Shown here in pieces: positions 9,853 through 19,049 of a DNA stretch of 64,000 nucleotides (positions are counted from its first letter, which is position 1; each line of letters begins with the position of its first letter). Source of the DNA: Candidatus Enterousia sp. (GTDB lineage Bacteria > Pseudomonadota > Alphaproteobacteria > Rs-D84); assembly GCA_045648925.1 (NCBI GenBank), contig JAZROY010000001.1:8841-72840 (forward strand), in the 5' to 3' direction. Below the pieces are notes generated by a model. The model ran no database searches, was not told the DNA's origin, and saw only the letters and a program-made list of their open reading frames with translations. The position numbers and the translations under genes are program-made.

Positions 9853-10503
9853 CTGCGGATTAGGGGGGACAGATAAAAAGATAAAAATAAATTTTTAAAG
9901 AAAAACAAAAAATTATGCTTTGTGGGGTAAAAATTTCATGGTTTAATCGCATAATAATCGGGATGGCGCATGATAATAAACAGGTTGCAAATATAATAAT
10001 GGCAGAAATCTGCGGGGAAGCGGTATAAAAAAGGATATATAAAAGGCGCATAATGTATATTATGTATAGTTGCTAGGGCAACATATACATAATATAACTA
10101 GATAATATACAAACAAATAATAATTGGAATCCGATATATTTTTTGTGTCTGTTGATAAATTTTTTTTGAAAAATATTTTTTTCTTGAATCTTTTTGTTAT
10201 AAAAAATTTTTATTTATTTGTTTTTACTGAATAAATAATTTTTTTGAATTTTTTCAAATTTGCCCTTTTTGTGTCGCTGTTTTTATATAAAAGCGCCCTT
10301 TTCTGACCGTTCAAATTTTATTTAATCATATATTTATATGCCCGCATCGCTTAAAATCGATGCGCGTTTTTTTGTCGGATTTCGTGTAAAATGGCTAAAA
10401 TTGTGAAAAAACCGCAGAAATCTGCGGTTTTTTCGTGAGTTTTGCGGTTGAAAAATGACGCAAAAGGTGTGAAAAATCGCGAAAAATTGCCGGTTTTCTG
10501 CGG
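9845..10503. repeat. Four copies of a GC-rich motif ending (AAA/TTT)TCTGCGG around dif
   Basis: Copies at 9845-9858, 10002-10015, 10412-10427 (inside hairpin 10405-10434) and 10489-10503. Confidence 0.7.
10043..10070 (+). other. dif: dif chromosome dimer resolution site (XerC/XerD)
   Basis: AAGGCGCATAA-TGTATA-TTATGTATAGT versus E. coli GGTGCGCATAA-TGTATA-TTATGTTAAAT; lies in a 1 kb intergenic gap; KOPS polarity flips across it. Confidence 0.85.
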
Positions 10504-10749
10504 TTTTTATGGATTTGTGCGTTTTTTTGTTGAAAATATCGAACTATACATAATCCATAACGGTTAGTTATGATATGGTTCGTAATCAGTTGCGATGGAA
10601 CCTTTTTCTACTTGAAAGCCGTTTATAACATCGTCAATTGATAATGATGACGCATGTTGCGAGTTTCTTACATAAAAGATAACATAAGGGTATTATATCA
10701 CAATTGTTGGATAGAAAAAAAAGTAAAAAATTGTTTTTATATAAAAAAC

Positions 10750-10778
10750 TTGAATTTTTAGGCATAAGAATATAAAAT
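10750..10778 (+). promoter_or_regulatory. Sigma70-type promoter for leuS
   Basis: TTGAAT-17-TAAAAT. Confidence 0.55.
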
Positions 10779-10814
10779 TGACCTTGTCAATTTCAGATAA
10801 AATAAGGATTTGTA

Positions 10815-13217
10815 ATGGCAGATGATATCCAAAAAATAAAAACACGTGAATCTAAATGGCAAAAAAAATGGCGCGAAGCGCGCGCTTTTGTGCCAAAAAA
10901 TGATGGTGTAAAACCCAGATGGTATAATTTGGTAGAATTTCCGTTTTTGTCCGGGGCTGGTCTGCATGCTGGACATTTATTGATTTATACCGGTATGGAT
11001 GTTATGTCACGTTTTCGTCGTCACCAGGGTTATGATGTGTTGTTCCCTATGGGGTTTGATGCGATGGGAATTACCGCGGAACATTATGCTACTAAAATTG
11101 GCAGACATCCCGCGGAAATCGCCGAAGAATTAAAAAAATCTTATTCAGATGTTATGGATATCGCCGGTTGGTCTGTGGACCCAGAAACAAGGATTGCCAG
11201 TTCTGATCCTGAATATATCAAATGGACACAATGGATGTTTATGCAGTTTTTTAAGGCAGGTCTTGCTTATAAATCTGAATTGCCGATGAATTGGTGCCCA
11301 AATTGCAGAACTACCCTGACCAATGAAGAATTGGAAGATGGAAAATGCAACCGTTGTCATGGCGCGGTTGAAAAAAAATTAAAAATGCAATGGAATTTGC
11401 GTCTTTCTGATTATGCCGAAAAGTTGCTTAGTGGGTTAAAAGATGTTGATTTCGATGAACGTATTAAAAAAGACGAAATCAATATGATTGGTAAATCTGT
11501 CGGGGCAGAGGTTGATTTCCGTGTCGATAACGATACTATGACGGTTTATACAACGCGTGTTGATACTATATTCGGTGTGACTTTCTGTGTGGTCGCACCA
11601 GAACACAACTTAGTTCATAAATGGTTAGACGAAGGTAAAATTCAAAATGCAGATGAAGTAAAAAAATATATAAAAGAATCAATGGCTAAATCTGAAATCG
11701 AAAGAACAGACGCAACCAAAGAAAAAACGGGTGTCGAATTAAAGGGTATCAAAGCAATAAATCCATTTAATAACAAAGAAACACCAGTATTTATATCTGA
11801 TTATGTATTGGCAGATTATGGTTTTGGTGCGATTATGGCTGTGCCTGCACACGATGGACGTGATTATGCTTTTGCGAAGAAATTTGGTTTGCCCATAATC
11901 CCTGTATTGGCGGGTGGTGATATTGAAAAGGAAGCATGGGAAATGGACGGTGAACATATAAATTCTTCTTTCTTGGATGGTATGGGTAAAGAAGAAGCAA
12001 TTGCTGCAGCCATAAAATATGGTTCTGAAAAAGGTTTTGTTCGTGCTGCTACAAAATATAAATTAAAGGACTGGGGTTTTTCACGACAAATGTATTGGGG
12101 TGAACCGATACCACTTGTTCATTGTGATAAATGTGGGTGGCAATGTGTTCCGGAAGATTCGCTTCCAATACTGCAGCCATATATGTTAGATTATAAGCCA
12201 ACTGATGATGGAGAATCACCACTTGCGCGCGCAACAGATTGGGTGAATACCACCTGCCCCGTATGTGGCGGATCGGCAAAACGCGAAACAGATACTATGC
12301 CTGGGTGGGCTGGGTCGTCTTGGTATTTCTTGCGTTATCTTGATCCGAAAAACGATAAAGAATTTTGCAGTAAAGACCAAATGGAAAAATGGATGCCTGT
12401 AAATCATTATAACGGTGGACACGAACATAATACCCGTCATTTGATTTATTCACGGTTTTGGCACCATGCACTTTATGATTTGGGTTTGGTTAATACGCCA
12501 GAACCGTATGCTAAACGCACTGCCCAAGGTTTGGTATTGGGAAGCGATGGATATAAAATATCAAAATCTCGTGGTAACGGGTTTCAAGTAATAGAATTGT
12601 TGAAATCGGCTGGGGCTGATGCGGCGCGTATTGCGATATTGTCTTTGGGACCATGGAAAAATAATACTCTTTGGACCGAAGGGGCTTTGTCCGGTGGTCA
12701 AAGATTTTTGAAACGCGTTGAAGGTTTTGTAGATAATTTAACAGATGAACCTTTGACAGAAGAACAAGATAGATTGGTGAATAAACTGGTCGCGGATATC
12801 ACAAACAAAATTGAAAATATGGAATTTAATACTTCGATTTCTGCGATGATGGAATTTATCAATGAATTTCCGGGCGGAAAAATGCCACGTGCGACTTATG
12901 AGGTTTTAATTCAAATGTTAAACCCTTTTGCACCACATTTAACCGAAGAAATGTGGGAAAAGTTGGGACACAAAGATATGCTGGTATTTGAACCTTGGCC
13001 AACATATGATGAATCAAAATTGGTTGAAACAAATATGACGATTGTTGTGTCTGTGAATGGCAAGCGCGCAAATGATTTTGTTGTTCCAGTTGATATAGCA
13101 GAAAATGATTTAATTGAATCCGCAAAATCTGCCGCGCAAAAACAATTAAGTGGTGCAACTATTATCAAAACGATAGTTGTTCCGAAAAAATTAGTGAACT
13201 TTGTGGTAAAGAAATAA
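10815..13217 (+). CDS. leuS: Leucine--tRNA ligase
   Basis: HIGH-like LHAGH, PMGFDA, YTTRVDT editing domain, DWGFSRQ.YWGEPIP, RETDTM, KISKS. Confidence 0.97.
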   Translation: MADDIQKIKTRESKWQKKWREARAFVPKNDGVKPRWYNLVEFPFLSGAGLHAGHLLIYTGMDVMSRFRRHQGYDVLFPMGFDAMGITAEHYATKIGRHPAEIAEELKKSYSDVMDIAGWSVDPETRIASSDPEYIKWTQWMFMQFFKAGLAYKSELPMNWCPNCRTTLTNEELEDGKCNRCHGAVEKKLKMQWNLRLSDYAEKLLSGLKDVDFDERIKKDEINMIGKSVGAEVDFRVDNDTMTVYTTRVDTIFGVTFCVVAPEHNLVHKWLDEGKIQNADEVKKYIKESMAKSEIERTDATKEKTGVELKGIKAINPFNNKETPVFISDYVLADYGFGAIMAVPAHDGRDYAFAKKFGLPIIPVLAGGDIEKEAWEMDGEHINSSFLDGMGKEEAIAAAIKYGSEKGFVRAATKYKLKDWGFSRQMYWGEPIPLVHCDKCGWQCVPEDSLPILQPYMLDYKPTDDGESPLARATDWVNTTCPVCGGSAKRETDTMPGWAGSSWYFLRYLDPKNDKEFCSKDQMEKWMPVNHYNGGHEHNTRHLIYSRFWHHALYDLGLVNTPEPYAKRTAQGLVLGSDGYKISKSRGNGFQVIELLKSAGADAARIAILSLGPWKNNTLWTEGALSGGQRFLKRVEGFVDNLTDEPLTEEQDRLVNKLVADITNKIENMEFNTSISAMMEFINEFPGGKMPRATYEVLIQMLNPFAPHLTEEMWEKLGHKDMLVFEPWPTYDESKLVETNMTIVVSVNGKRANDFVVPVDIAENDLIESAKSAAQKQLSGATIIKTIVVPKKLVNFVVKK

Positions 13218-13245
13218 AAAAACCGCCCAAAAGGCGGTTTCTTTT
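13216..13245. terminator. Bidirectional intrinsic terminator
   Basis: aaaccgcc-caaaa-ggcggttt between convergent genes. Confidence 0.8.
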
Positions 13246-13693
13246 AAGATATTTTTTTCAATCTGCGAATGCGTCTTTCAACATTATCAAATGGACTTTC
13301 CAGAAAACTTTGTGCGCATAAAAACGCAACTTCGATATCTATGTCATCTGCTGCCAGCGCAAGAACATTTGTATCATCGTGAAAACGATCATCGCGTGCT
13401 TGTTCTGGTCTTTCGCACCGCGATGCCCGAATGTGTCTGTATCGATTCGCAGCAATTTCCATCCCTGCCCCAGTGCCACAAATTAAAATGCCACGCGATT
13501 GTTCGTCGTCCAGCATTTCATCAGCCAATTTTTTAGCGATATCAGGAAAATCAACAGGTGTTTTTACATCGTCTGTACCAAGATTTACGACATTATACCC
13601 CGCCGCCATCAACATTTCGTAAAGATATAACTTTAATCCCACCCCGCGATGGTCGGCGGCAATATAAACATGAGAAATATCTGATTTATTCAT
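13244..13693 (-). CDS. rpiB: Ribose-5-phosphate isomerase B
   Basis: AADHRG, VDFPD, ICGTGAGMEIAANR. Confidence 0.93.
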   Translation of the reverse strand: MNKSDISHVYIAADHRGVGLKLYLYEMLMAAGYNVVNLGTDDVKTPVDFPDIAKKLADEMLDDEQSRGILICGTGAGMEIAANRYRHIRASRCERPEQARDDRFHDDTNVLALAADDIDIEVAFLCAQSFLESPFDNVERRIRRLKKIS

Positions 13694-13695
13694 CT

Positions 13696-14040
13696 TTATT
13701 TGTCCTTTTTCTTTTCCAGTTTACATTCCAATCCTGTGTTTCCAGTGATGTTTAATGTTTTGTAGAACAGAGTGCCAGACATTTTAGCATTTGAAAACAC
13801 ATTTACAGTATTTATATTGGCATTGCCTTTTAAAGATCCATGTAAAAATAATGTTCGCGCAGTTATATCGCCAATAACATGTCCACCACGACCAATAATG
13901 ATTGTTTCGGCATCAATGTTGCCGTTTATTGTTCCGTGAATTTGAACCGTGTGGTCTGTTTCAATGTTCCCCTTAATCAGGCAACCTGCCCCTACGACCG
14001 TGGGAGATTTTTTTTCATCTGCGTTTGTGAATGCTAGCAT
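13696..14040 (-). CDS. Bactofilin (polymer-forming cytoskeletal protein)
   Basis: TVVGAGCLIKGNI..VQIHGTINGNI..IIIGRGGHVIGDI beta-helix repeats. Confidence 0.9.
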   Translation of the reverse strand: MLAFTNADEKKSPTVVGAGCLIKGNIETDHTVQIHGTINGNIDAETIIIGRGGHVIGDITARTLFLHGSLKGNANINTVNVFSNAKMSGTLFYKTLNITGNTGLECKLEKKKDK

Positions 14041-14056
14041 ATTCTCTTCCTTTCTT

Positions 14057-15334
14057 TTAATCTTTTACGAAATTTGCCGGATTAAACGGTGTCCCTTTGT
14101 ATCTTATTTCATAGTGTAGATGTGGCCCCGTTGAACGACCAGATGAACCACCAAGACCAACAACTGTTCCTGGACGCACCCAATCCCCGCGCGAAACCAT
14201 CATTTTGGACAGATGTGCATACAATGTCGTGAATCCCAAACCGTGGTCAATTTCTACGGTTGTACCGTATCCTGTTCTGTCCCCTGCTGAAATTACACGT
14301 CCTGGTGCCACAGCATACAATTCTGTACCAATTTTTCCAGCGAAATCAATTCCTTTGTGCTGTTTAGTAGTTTTTGTAAAAGGATCTTGGCGCGCACCAA
14401 ATGGCGAAGTTATTGTTTTTTGTTCGACCGGTGCGCCAAGTGGCAATATTTTAGTCAACCTTTTTAATCCATGCCATTTTTCGATATCTTGGGCAATTTT
14501 TTGATATTTAGAATCAGCATTTTTTGAAATTTTTACAGGGACATATACCCCACCGATATATTTATTGGAATAATTGTTTGCCTGGGTAATAAGTTGCGCT
14601 TCGCTAAGCCCCAGTTTAGATATGCTGGCATTTATCTTTTTTAATTGTGCATGCAATTCTTCAATGTTTTCAGATGTAAGTTTTGATATGGCATTAATTA
14701 TCTGGTTGTCTGCATTGGATATTTCAATCGCAGATTCCAAGATTTTCTGGTGCTGTTGTTTTAATGTGTCGTTTTCGCTGCGAACCAATTCAAAATCAAG
14801 AACTATTTCAGACATCTTGTCAAATTCAGGTGTGTAATTTTCGTCAGTCATCATTTCAACGATTCGTGTTTGTAAGAAATCTAGTTCACCAATAACCTTT
14901 GACCGGGTATTTAAAAGATCTTCTTTTTCCACATCAGACATTTTTCCGGATTTTAACAATCTGTTGTCTGTAATATTTAAATCACGCGCCAAATCATTGT
15001 ATTTTTTTAAATATGCTTTTAAATCAGCAGTTTGACGATTATGCTGGGCGCGCATTTGTTCCAACTGTTGTGTTCTTTTTTGTAAAAGTGGACGATGATA
15101 TATATAAACATATGTGGACCATGCCGCCCAAATAGTCATTGTTGTAATTAAACAAAACTTGGTGAAACGCCAAAAACTGCTCTGCTGATATGTTGACACG
15201 GTTCCGTCGCGTGTGTCCATAATCGTGCAATCGCGTGGCGGAAACAATCTTTCTATACCACGCCACAACCATCTTAGTGGGGCGGTGATAAATTCCCAAA
15301 GCGATGAAAAATATCTTGTTATAAAGTTTATCAT
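14057..15334 (-). CDS. M23 family peptidoglycan endopeptidase with TM and coiled coil
   Basis: ITSPFGAR.DP, HKGIDF, TTLYAHL, GRSTGPHLHYE. Confidence 0.93.
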   Translation of the reverse strand: MINFITRYFSSLWEFITAPLRWLWRGIERLFPPRDCTIMDTRDGTVSTYQQSSFWRFTKFCLITTMTIWAAWSTYVYIYHRPLLQKRTQQLEQMRAQHNRQTADLKAYLKKYNDLARDLNITDNRLLKSGKMSDVEKEDLLNTRSKVIGELDFLQTRIVEMMTDENYTPEFDKMSEIVLDFELVRSENDTLKQQHQKILESAIEISNADNQIINAISKLTSENIEELHAQLKKINASISKLGLSEAQLITQANNYSNKYIGGVYVPVKISKNADSKYQKIAQDIEKWHGLKRLTKILPLGAPVEQKTITSPFGARQDPFTKTTKQHKGIDFAGKIGTELYAVAPGRVISAGDRTGYGTTVEIDHGLGFTTLYAHLSKMMVSRGDWVRPGTVVGLGGSSGRSTGPHLHYEIRYKGTPFNPANFVKD

Positions 15335-16017
15335 AATGCATCCAGTGTAGCCAATAATGTATCGATAGTCAAGCCATCACGTAAAATCAAATCGTTATTC
15401 ATAGAAGAACCTTTGAATATGGTTGTTCCTGTCTTTACACCCTGCTTTGCCCGGATTAGAACGCGTTCTGCAGAACTTTTTGCCCCGAATAATGGAAAAA
15501 TTTGAATGTTGCCAAAATGTTTTTCGTCTAAGACTGCCATGATTTTTGCAACACAAAGTGTATCTGTTATCATGCAGATGTATCCTTTCGGCTTGACACG
15601 CGCACAGCAAGATTTTGTCCATTTTGTTATATCTATATTATGATGTGCATTGTGATGTGCTGGCGTTCCGTTAAAATAAGGCGGGTTTGTTATAACCAAA
15701 TCAAATCTTTCGGTTGTAGACCATGTTAAAATGTCTTGGTTAACAAGGTTTATTTGTGCGTTATTCAACATCATATTCCGATTACAAATGTCCAACATTT
15801 CATTTGAAATATCTAAACCTGTGATTTTTATTTTTGGGAAATGTGACAACAAGCAAAGGGATACACCGCCTGTTCCAATACCAACATCCAAAGCGGTTTT
15901 CAGGGCGTTTGGCGAATACGCAGCCAGCCATACAGCATCGCTGGTGGGGTTGTAAAAACTTCGCATCATTTTAATGCGCCCATTTAATAGTGTAAAATTT
16001 CCTTGTTTTTCTGACAC
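15331..16017 (-). CDS. SAM-dependent methyltransferase, tRNA1(Val) A37 N6-methyltransferase-like
   Basis: LDVGIGTG, FDLVITNPPY; GTG start. Confidence 0.8.
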   Translation of the reverse strand: MSEKQGNFTLLNGRIKMMRSFYNPTSDAVWLAAYSPNALKTALDVGIGTGGVSLCLLSHFPKIKITGLDISNEMLDICNRNMMLNNAQINLVNQDILTWSTTERFDLVITNPPYFNGTPAHHNAHHNIDITKWTKSCCARVKPKGYICMITDTLCVAKIMAVLDEKHFGNIQIFPLFGAKSSAERVLIRAKQGVKTGTTIFKGSSMNNDLILRDGLTIDTLLATLDAL

Positions 16018-16055
16018 ACCTATATAATAATTGATTTAAACAAAAAGGCAAGTTT

Positions 16056-17051
16056 ATGTTTAACGATACAGCAATAGTAGCAACAGCAATAAGTTCTTTT
16101 AATAACGCGGCATTATATGGACCATATTTTTTTGTGGTTGCTTTGTTTTCAATACCGTTATTTTTTATGGTGTTTTTATATGGTCGTGATTTTGTTTCAA
16201 GATTTGGTTTAAATGGTCCAGATTTTGAATCTAAAATTGGTTTTTGGGGTGTGGTAAGTTTGGTGCTTTGGTTGCTTTTGATTGGTGGTAATTATGCGGT
16301 AATACGTGACAGTATATCTTTGTTGCCTGTAATGATAGCATTGGTTTTGTTTGGCTCTGTTGTGTTTGTGACAAATCGGCTTAAAAAATTAAATTATCTG
16401 AAGAAAATATATGATAAAAAATCGCGTTGGTTCGTGTTTGGGTTATTGTTAATTTTGGCTGGTTTTTCTGCGATGCCAAATTGGTGGGGGATTTTATTAC
16501 AGTTAAGTGCTGTGGTGTGCGGAATGATAGTTGGTGACAGATTACACAAAAATATTTCTGATGTTTTGGCATCTTTGATTGTGTTTGGAACAACAACGAT
16601 TTTGCTTTTGATGCAGCCAGAATATTTTAGATTTGGTCAATTGGGAAATTTAACTTTTATTCATATTTTGGCATTGTTGTTGACTGGTTTTTTCTGTATA
16701 ACTGCGTTTGCGTCAAAATATACAAAAACACGTGGGAAAATTTATAACAGTGCTTATATCAAATTAAAATGGTTGTTTCGTATATTGTCTGCATTGGCTT
16801 TGATTCTTTTTGTCTTAACAGAATCTGTACCTATTTTTATTGGGTTGATGGCGGTTTGTGCTTTGTCTGAGATGATGACTATATACCACAGCAAAGGTAT
16901 CCCAGAACATATATTTAAACAATCTTGGGCTTTGTTGATGATAAGTTTTGGAATAATAATAATATGTCCTTTTATCAGTATGTTAGGTATAATTTATTTG
17001 ATATCTGTGGCGCCAAAGATTGATTATAAAGATTTTATGAAATTGTTATAA
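16056..17051 (+). CDS. Polytopic membrane protein, unknown function
   Basis: About ten hydrophobic segments; no motif recognised. Confidence 0.75.
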   Translation: MFNDTAIVATAISSFNNAALYGPYFFVVALFSIPLFFMVFLYGRDFVSRFGLNGPDFESKIGFWGVVSLVLWLLLIGGNYAVIRDSISLLPVMIALVLFGSVVFVTNRLKKLNYLKKIYDKKSRWFVFGLLLILAGFSAMPNWWGILLQLSAVVCGMIVGDRLHKNISDVLASLIVFGTTTILLLMQPEYFRFGQLGNLTFIHILALLLTGFFCITAFASKYTKTRGKIYNSAYIKLKWLFRILSALALILFVLTESVPIFIGLMAVCALSEMMTIYHSKGIPEHIFKQSWALLMISFGIIIICPFISMLGIIYLISVAPKIDYKDFMKLL

Positions 17052-17129
17052 TTGGTTATATTTATTGAATACCATATATTATAAATTTATTGTAGTATAC
17101 CCTTTGTAAAACTAACAAATGGGATAAAA

Positions 17130-17936
17130 ATGGCAACTGTTATTCATCCAAGTGCGATTATTAAACCGGGGGCAATCATTGGCAATGATTGTAAGATTGG
17201 TCCTTTTTGTATCGTTGGGTCCAATGTTGTTTTGGGTGATCGTGTTGAATTGGTTTCTAATGTTGTAATAGATGGGAAAACATCCATAGGCGATGATTCC
17301 ATAGTGTATCCTTTTGCTGTTTTGGGTGTAATGAGTCAAGATTTAAAATGGCAAGATGAAAATGCGATGACTGGTTTGCGTATTGGAAAACGTTGTAAAA
17401 TCCGCGAATATGTGACGATTCATTCTGGAACACCTGCTTCGGATGGTACGGAAATTGGTGACGATTGTCAGATTATGGTCAATGCCCATGTGGGGCATGA
17501 TTGCAAGGTTGGTAATAGCGTGGTTATGTCTAATCTGGTTCAAGTTGCAGGTCATGTAGAAATTGAAGATTTTGCTATATTGTCCGGTGGTGTTATGGTG
17601 TTGCAATTTGCCCGTATTGGACGCAATGCCTTTATCGGTGGTATGAGTGGGGTTGGTAATGATGTTTTACCCTATGCTATTTATGATGGTGAACGCGCGG
17701 TATATCGAACGATAAATCGTGTTGGCTTGATGCGACATGGGTTTACTAATGAAGATTTGCATGCGATTCATTCTGTGTATTCTGCGGTCTTTGGCGACAG
17801 CGAAGGAACTGTTTCTGAAAGATTGAACAAGGTTCGCAAAGAAGTAAAAAACAACAAATATGCTATGGATGCCATAGATTTCATAGAAAATCGTTCAAAA
17901 CGTGGTATTGGAACTGCAAAAAATGACACTCACTAG
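17130..17936 (+). CDS. lpxA: Acyl-ACP--UDP-N-acetylglucosamine O-acyltransferase
   Basis: IHPSAII hexapeptide repeats, QDLK, IREYVTIH.GT, AHVGHDC. Confidence 0.95.
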   Translation: MATVIHPSAIIKPGAIIGNDCKIGPFCIVGSNVVLGDRVELVSNVVIDGKTSIGDDSIVYPFAVLGVMSQDLKWQDENAMTGLRIGKRCKIREYVTIHSGTPASDGTEIGDDCQIMVNAHVGHDCKVGNSVVMSNLVQVAGHVEIEDFAILSGGVMVLQFARIGRNAFIGGMSGVGNDVLPYAIYDGERAVYRTINRVGLMRHGFTNEDLHAIHSVYSAVFGDSEGTVSERLNKVRKEVKNNKYAMDAIDFIENRSKRGIGTAKNDTH

Positions 17937-19032
17937 TAAAAAAATGAAGATATTTATTATTGCAGGCGAAGTTTCCGGTGATGTTTTGGGTGCGAAAATA
18001 ATGCAGGAAATGGACGGGGTTGATTTTGTTGGGGTTGGTGGTCAATATATGACCAGGGCTGGATTAAAATCATTATTCCCTATGTCTGATTTGTCGGTTA
18101 TGGGTGTGTTCGAAGTTTTGGGACATGCACGCACTTTGATGAAGCGTATAAAGCAAACGGTTGGTGCCATAATCAAAGAAAAGCCAGATGTTGTTTTAAC
18201 AATCGATTCGCCAGGATTTGCAAAATCTGTTGTAAGAGGTGTGCGAAAAAAAGGGCTTTTGAATACAACAAAATTTTATCATGTTGTCGCGCCTCAGGTT
18301 TGGGCATGGGGGGCAAGTCGTGCCGGTAAATATGCCAAAATATTTGATAAATTATATGCTTTCTTTGATTTTGAAAAACCTTATTTTGAAAAATATGGGC
18401 TGCCCGTGGTTGCTGTTGGACACCCTATTTCTGATGGATTAAAAAAGTATAAAAAAACAGTCAAAAATAAAAAAATTATCACTTTTATCCCAGGAAGTCG
18501 TATAAGCGAAGTCAGAAAGTTATTACCAATATTTAATCGCACAATTGATAAATTGGGAAAAGATTACGAATTTGTTATACCAACTGTGGAAACCACAGAT
18601 GAATATATTCGCAAAAATATCCAAAATTGGGCAATAAAACCAAAATTAGTTTCTTCGGATAAAAGATATGAACTTTATGCGAATACTTATATCGCTGTTG
18701 CCGCCAGTGGCACTGTTTCTGCGGAACTTGCCATAATGCACATACCAACCATAGTTGTTTATAAAATGAACCCGTTAACAATGTTATTGGCGCATATTTT
18801 GATTCGTGTAAAATGGGCATCTTTGGTAAATATTTTGATGAACAAAACGATATTTCCAGAATTGCTGGGACAGAAAGCAAATCCAGTGGAAATAACAAAT
18901 ACCATCCATAAATTAACAGATGCAAAAGAAAGGAAAAAAATCATTGATGATTTGAAAAAAGCAGATAATCAATGGACAAGGTCTAACCAAAATGCAGCAA
19001 AATTAATCGCAGATGATATAATGTTATCCTGA
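17923..19032 (+). CDS. lpxB: Lipid-A-disaccharide synthase
   Basis: IIAGEVSGD, IDSPGF, APQVWAW, PGSR..E, ASGT; start 17923 or 17944. Confidence 0.95.
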   Translation: MTLTSKKMKIFIIAGEVSGDVLGAKIMQEMDGVDFVGVGGQYMTRAGLKSLFPMSDLSVMGVFEVLGHARTLMKRIKQTVGAIIKEKPDVVLTIDSPGFAKSVVRGVRKKGLLNTTKFYHVVAPQVWAWGASRAGKYAKIFDKLYAFFDFEKPYFEKYGLPVVAVGHPISDGLKKYKKTVKNKKIITFIPGSRISEVRKLLPIFNRTIDKLGKDYEFVIPTVETTDEYIRKNIQNWAIKPKLVSSDKRYELYANTYIAVAASGTVSAELAIMHIPTIVVYKMNPLTMLLAHILIRVKWASLVNILMNKTIFPELLGQKANPVEITNTIHKLTDAKERKKIIDDLKKADNQWTRSNQNAAKLIADDIMLS

Positions 19033-19049
19033 ATATGTTTTTTTTATTC

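Noticed and set aside
10575-10628. Leu-rich uORF MVRNQLRWNLFLLESRL as a leuS attenuator
   Set aside because: About 190 nt upstream, no hairpin, and a good promoter (10750-10778) lies between it and leuS; Leu codons are common in T-rich DNA
9793-10814. Gap as oriC
   Set aside because: No cluster of DnaA boxes (one 1-mismatch tgttgataa); dif and KOPS convergence indicate the terminus
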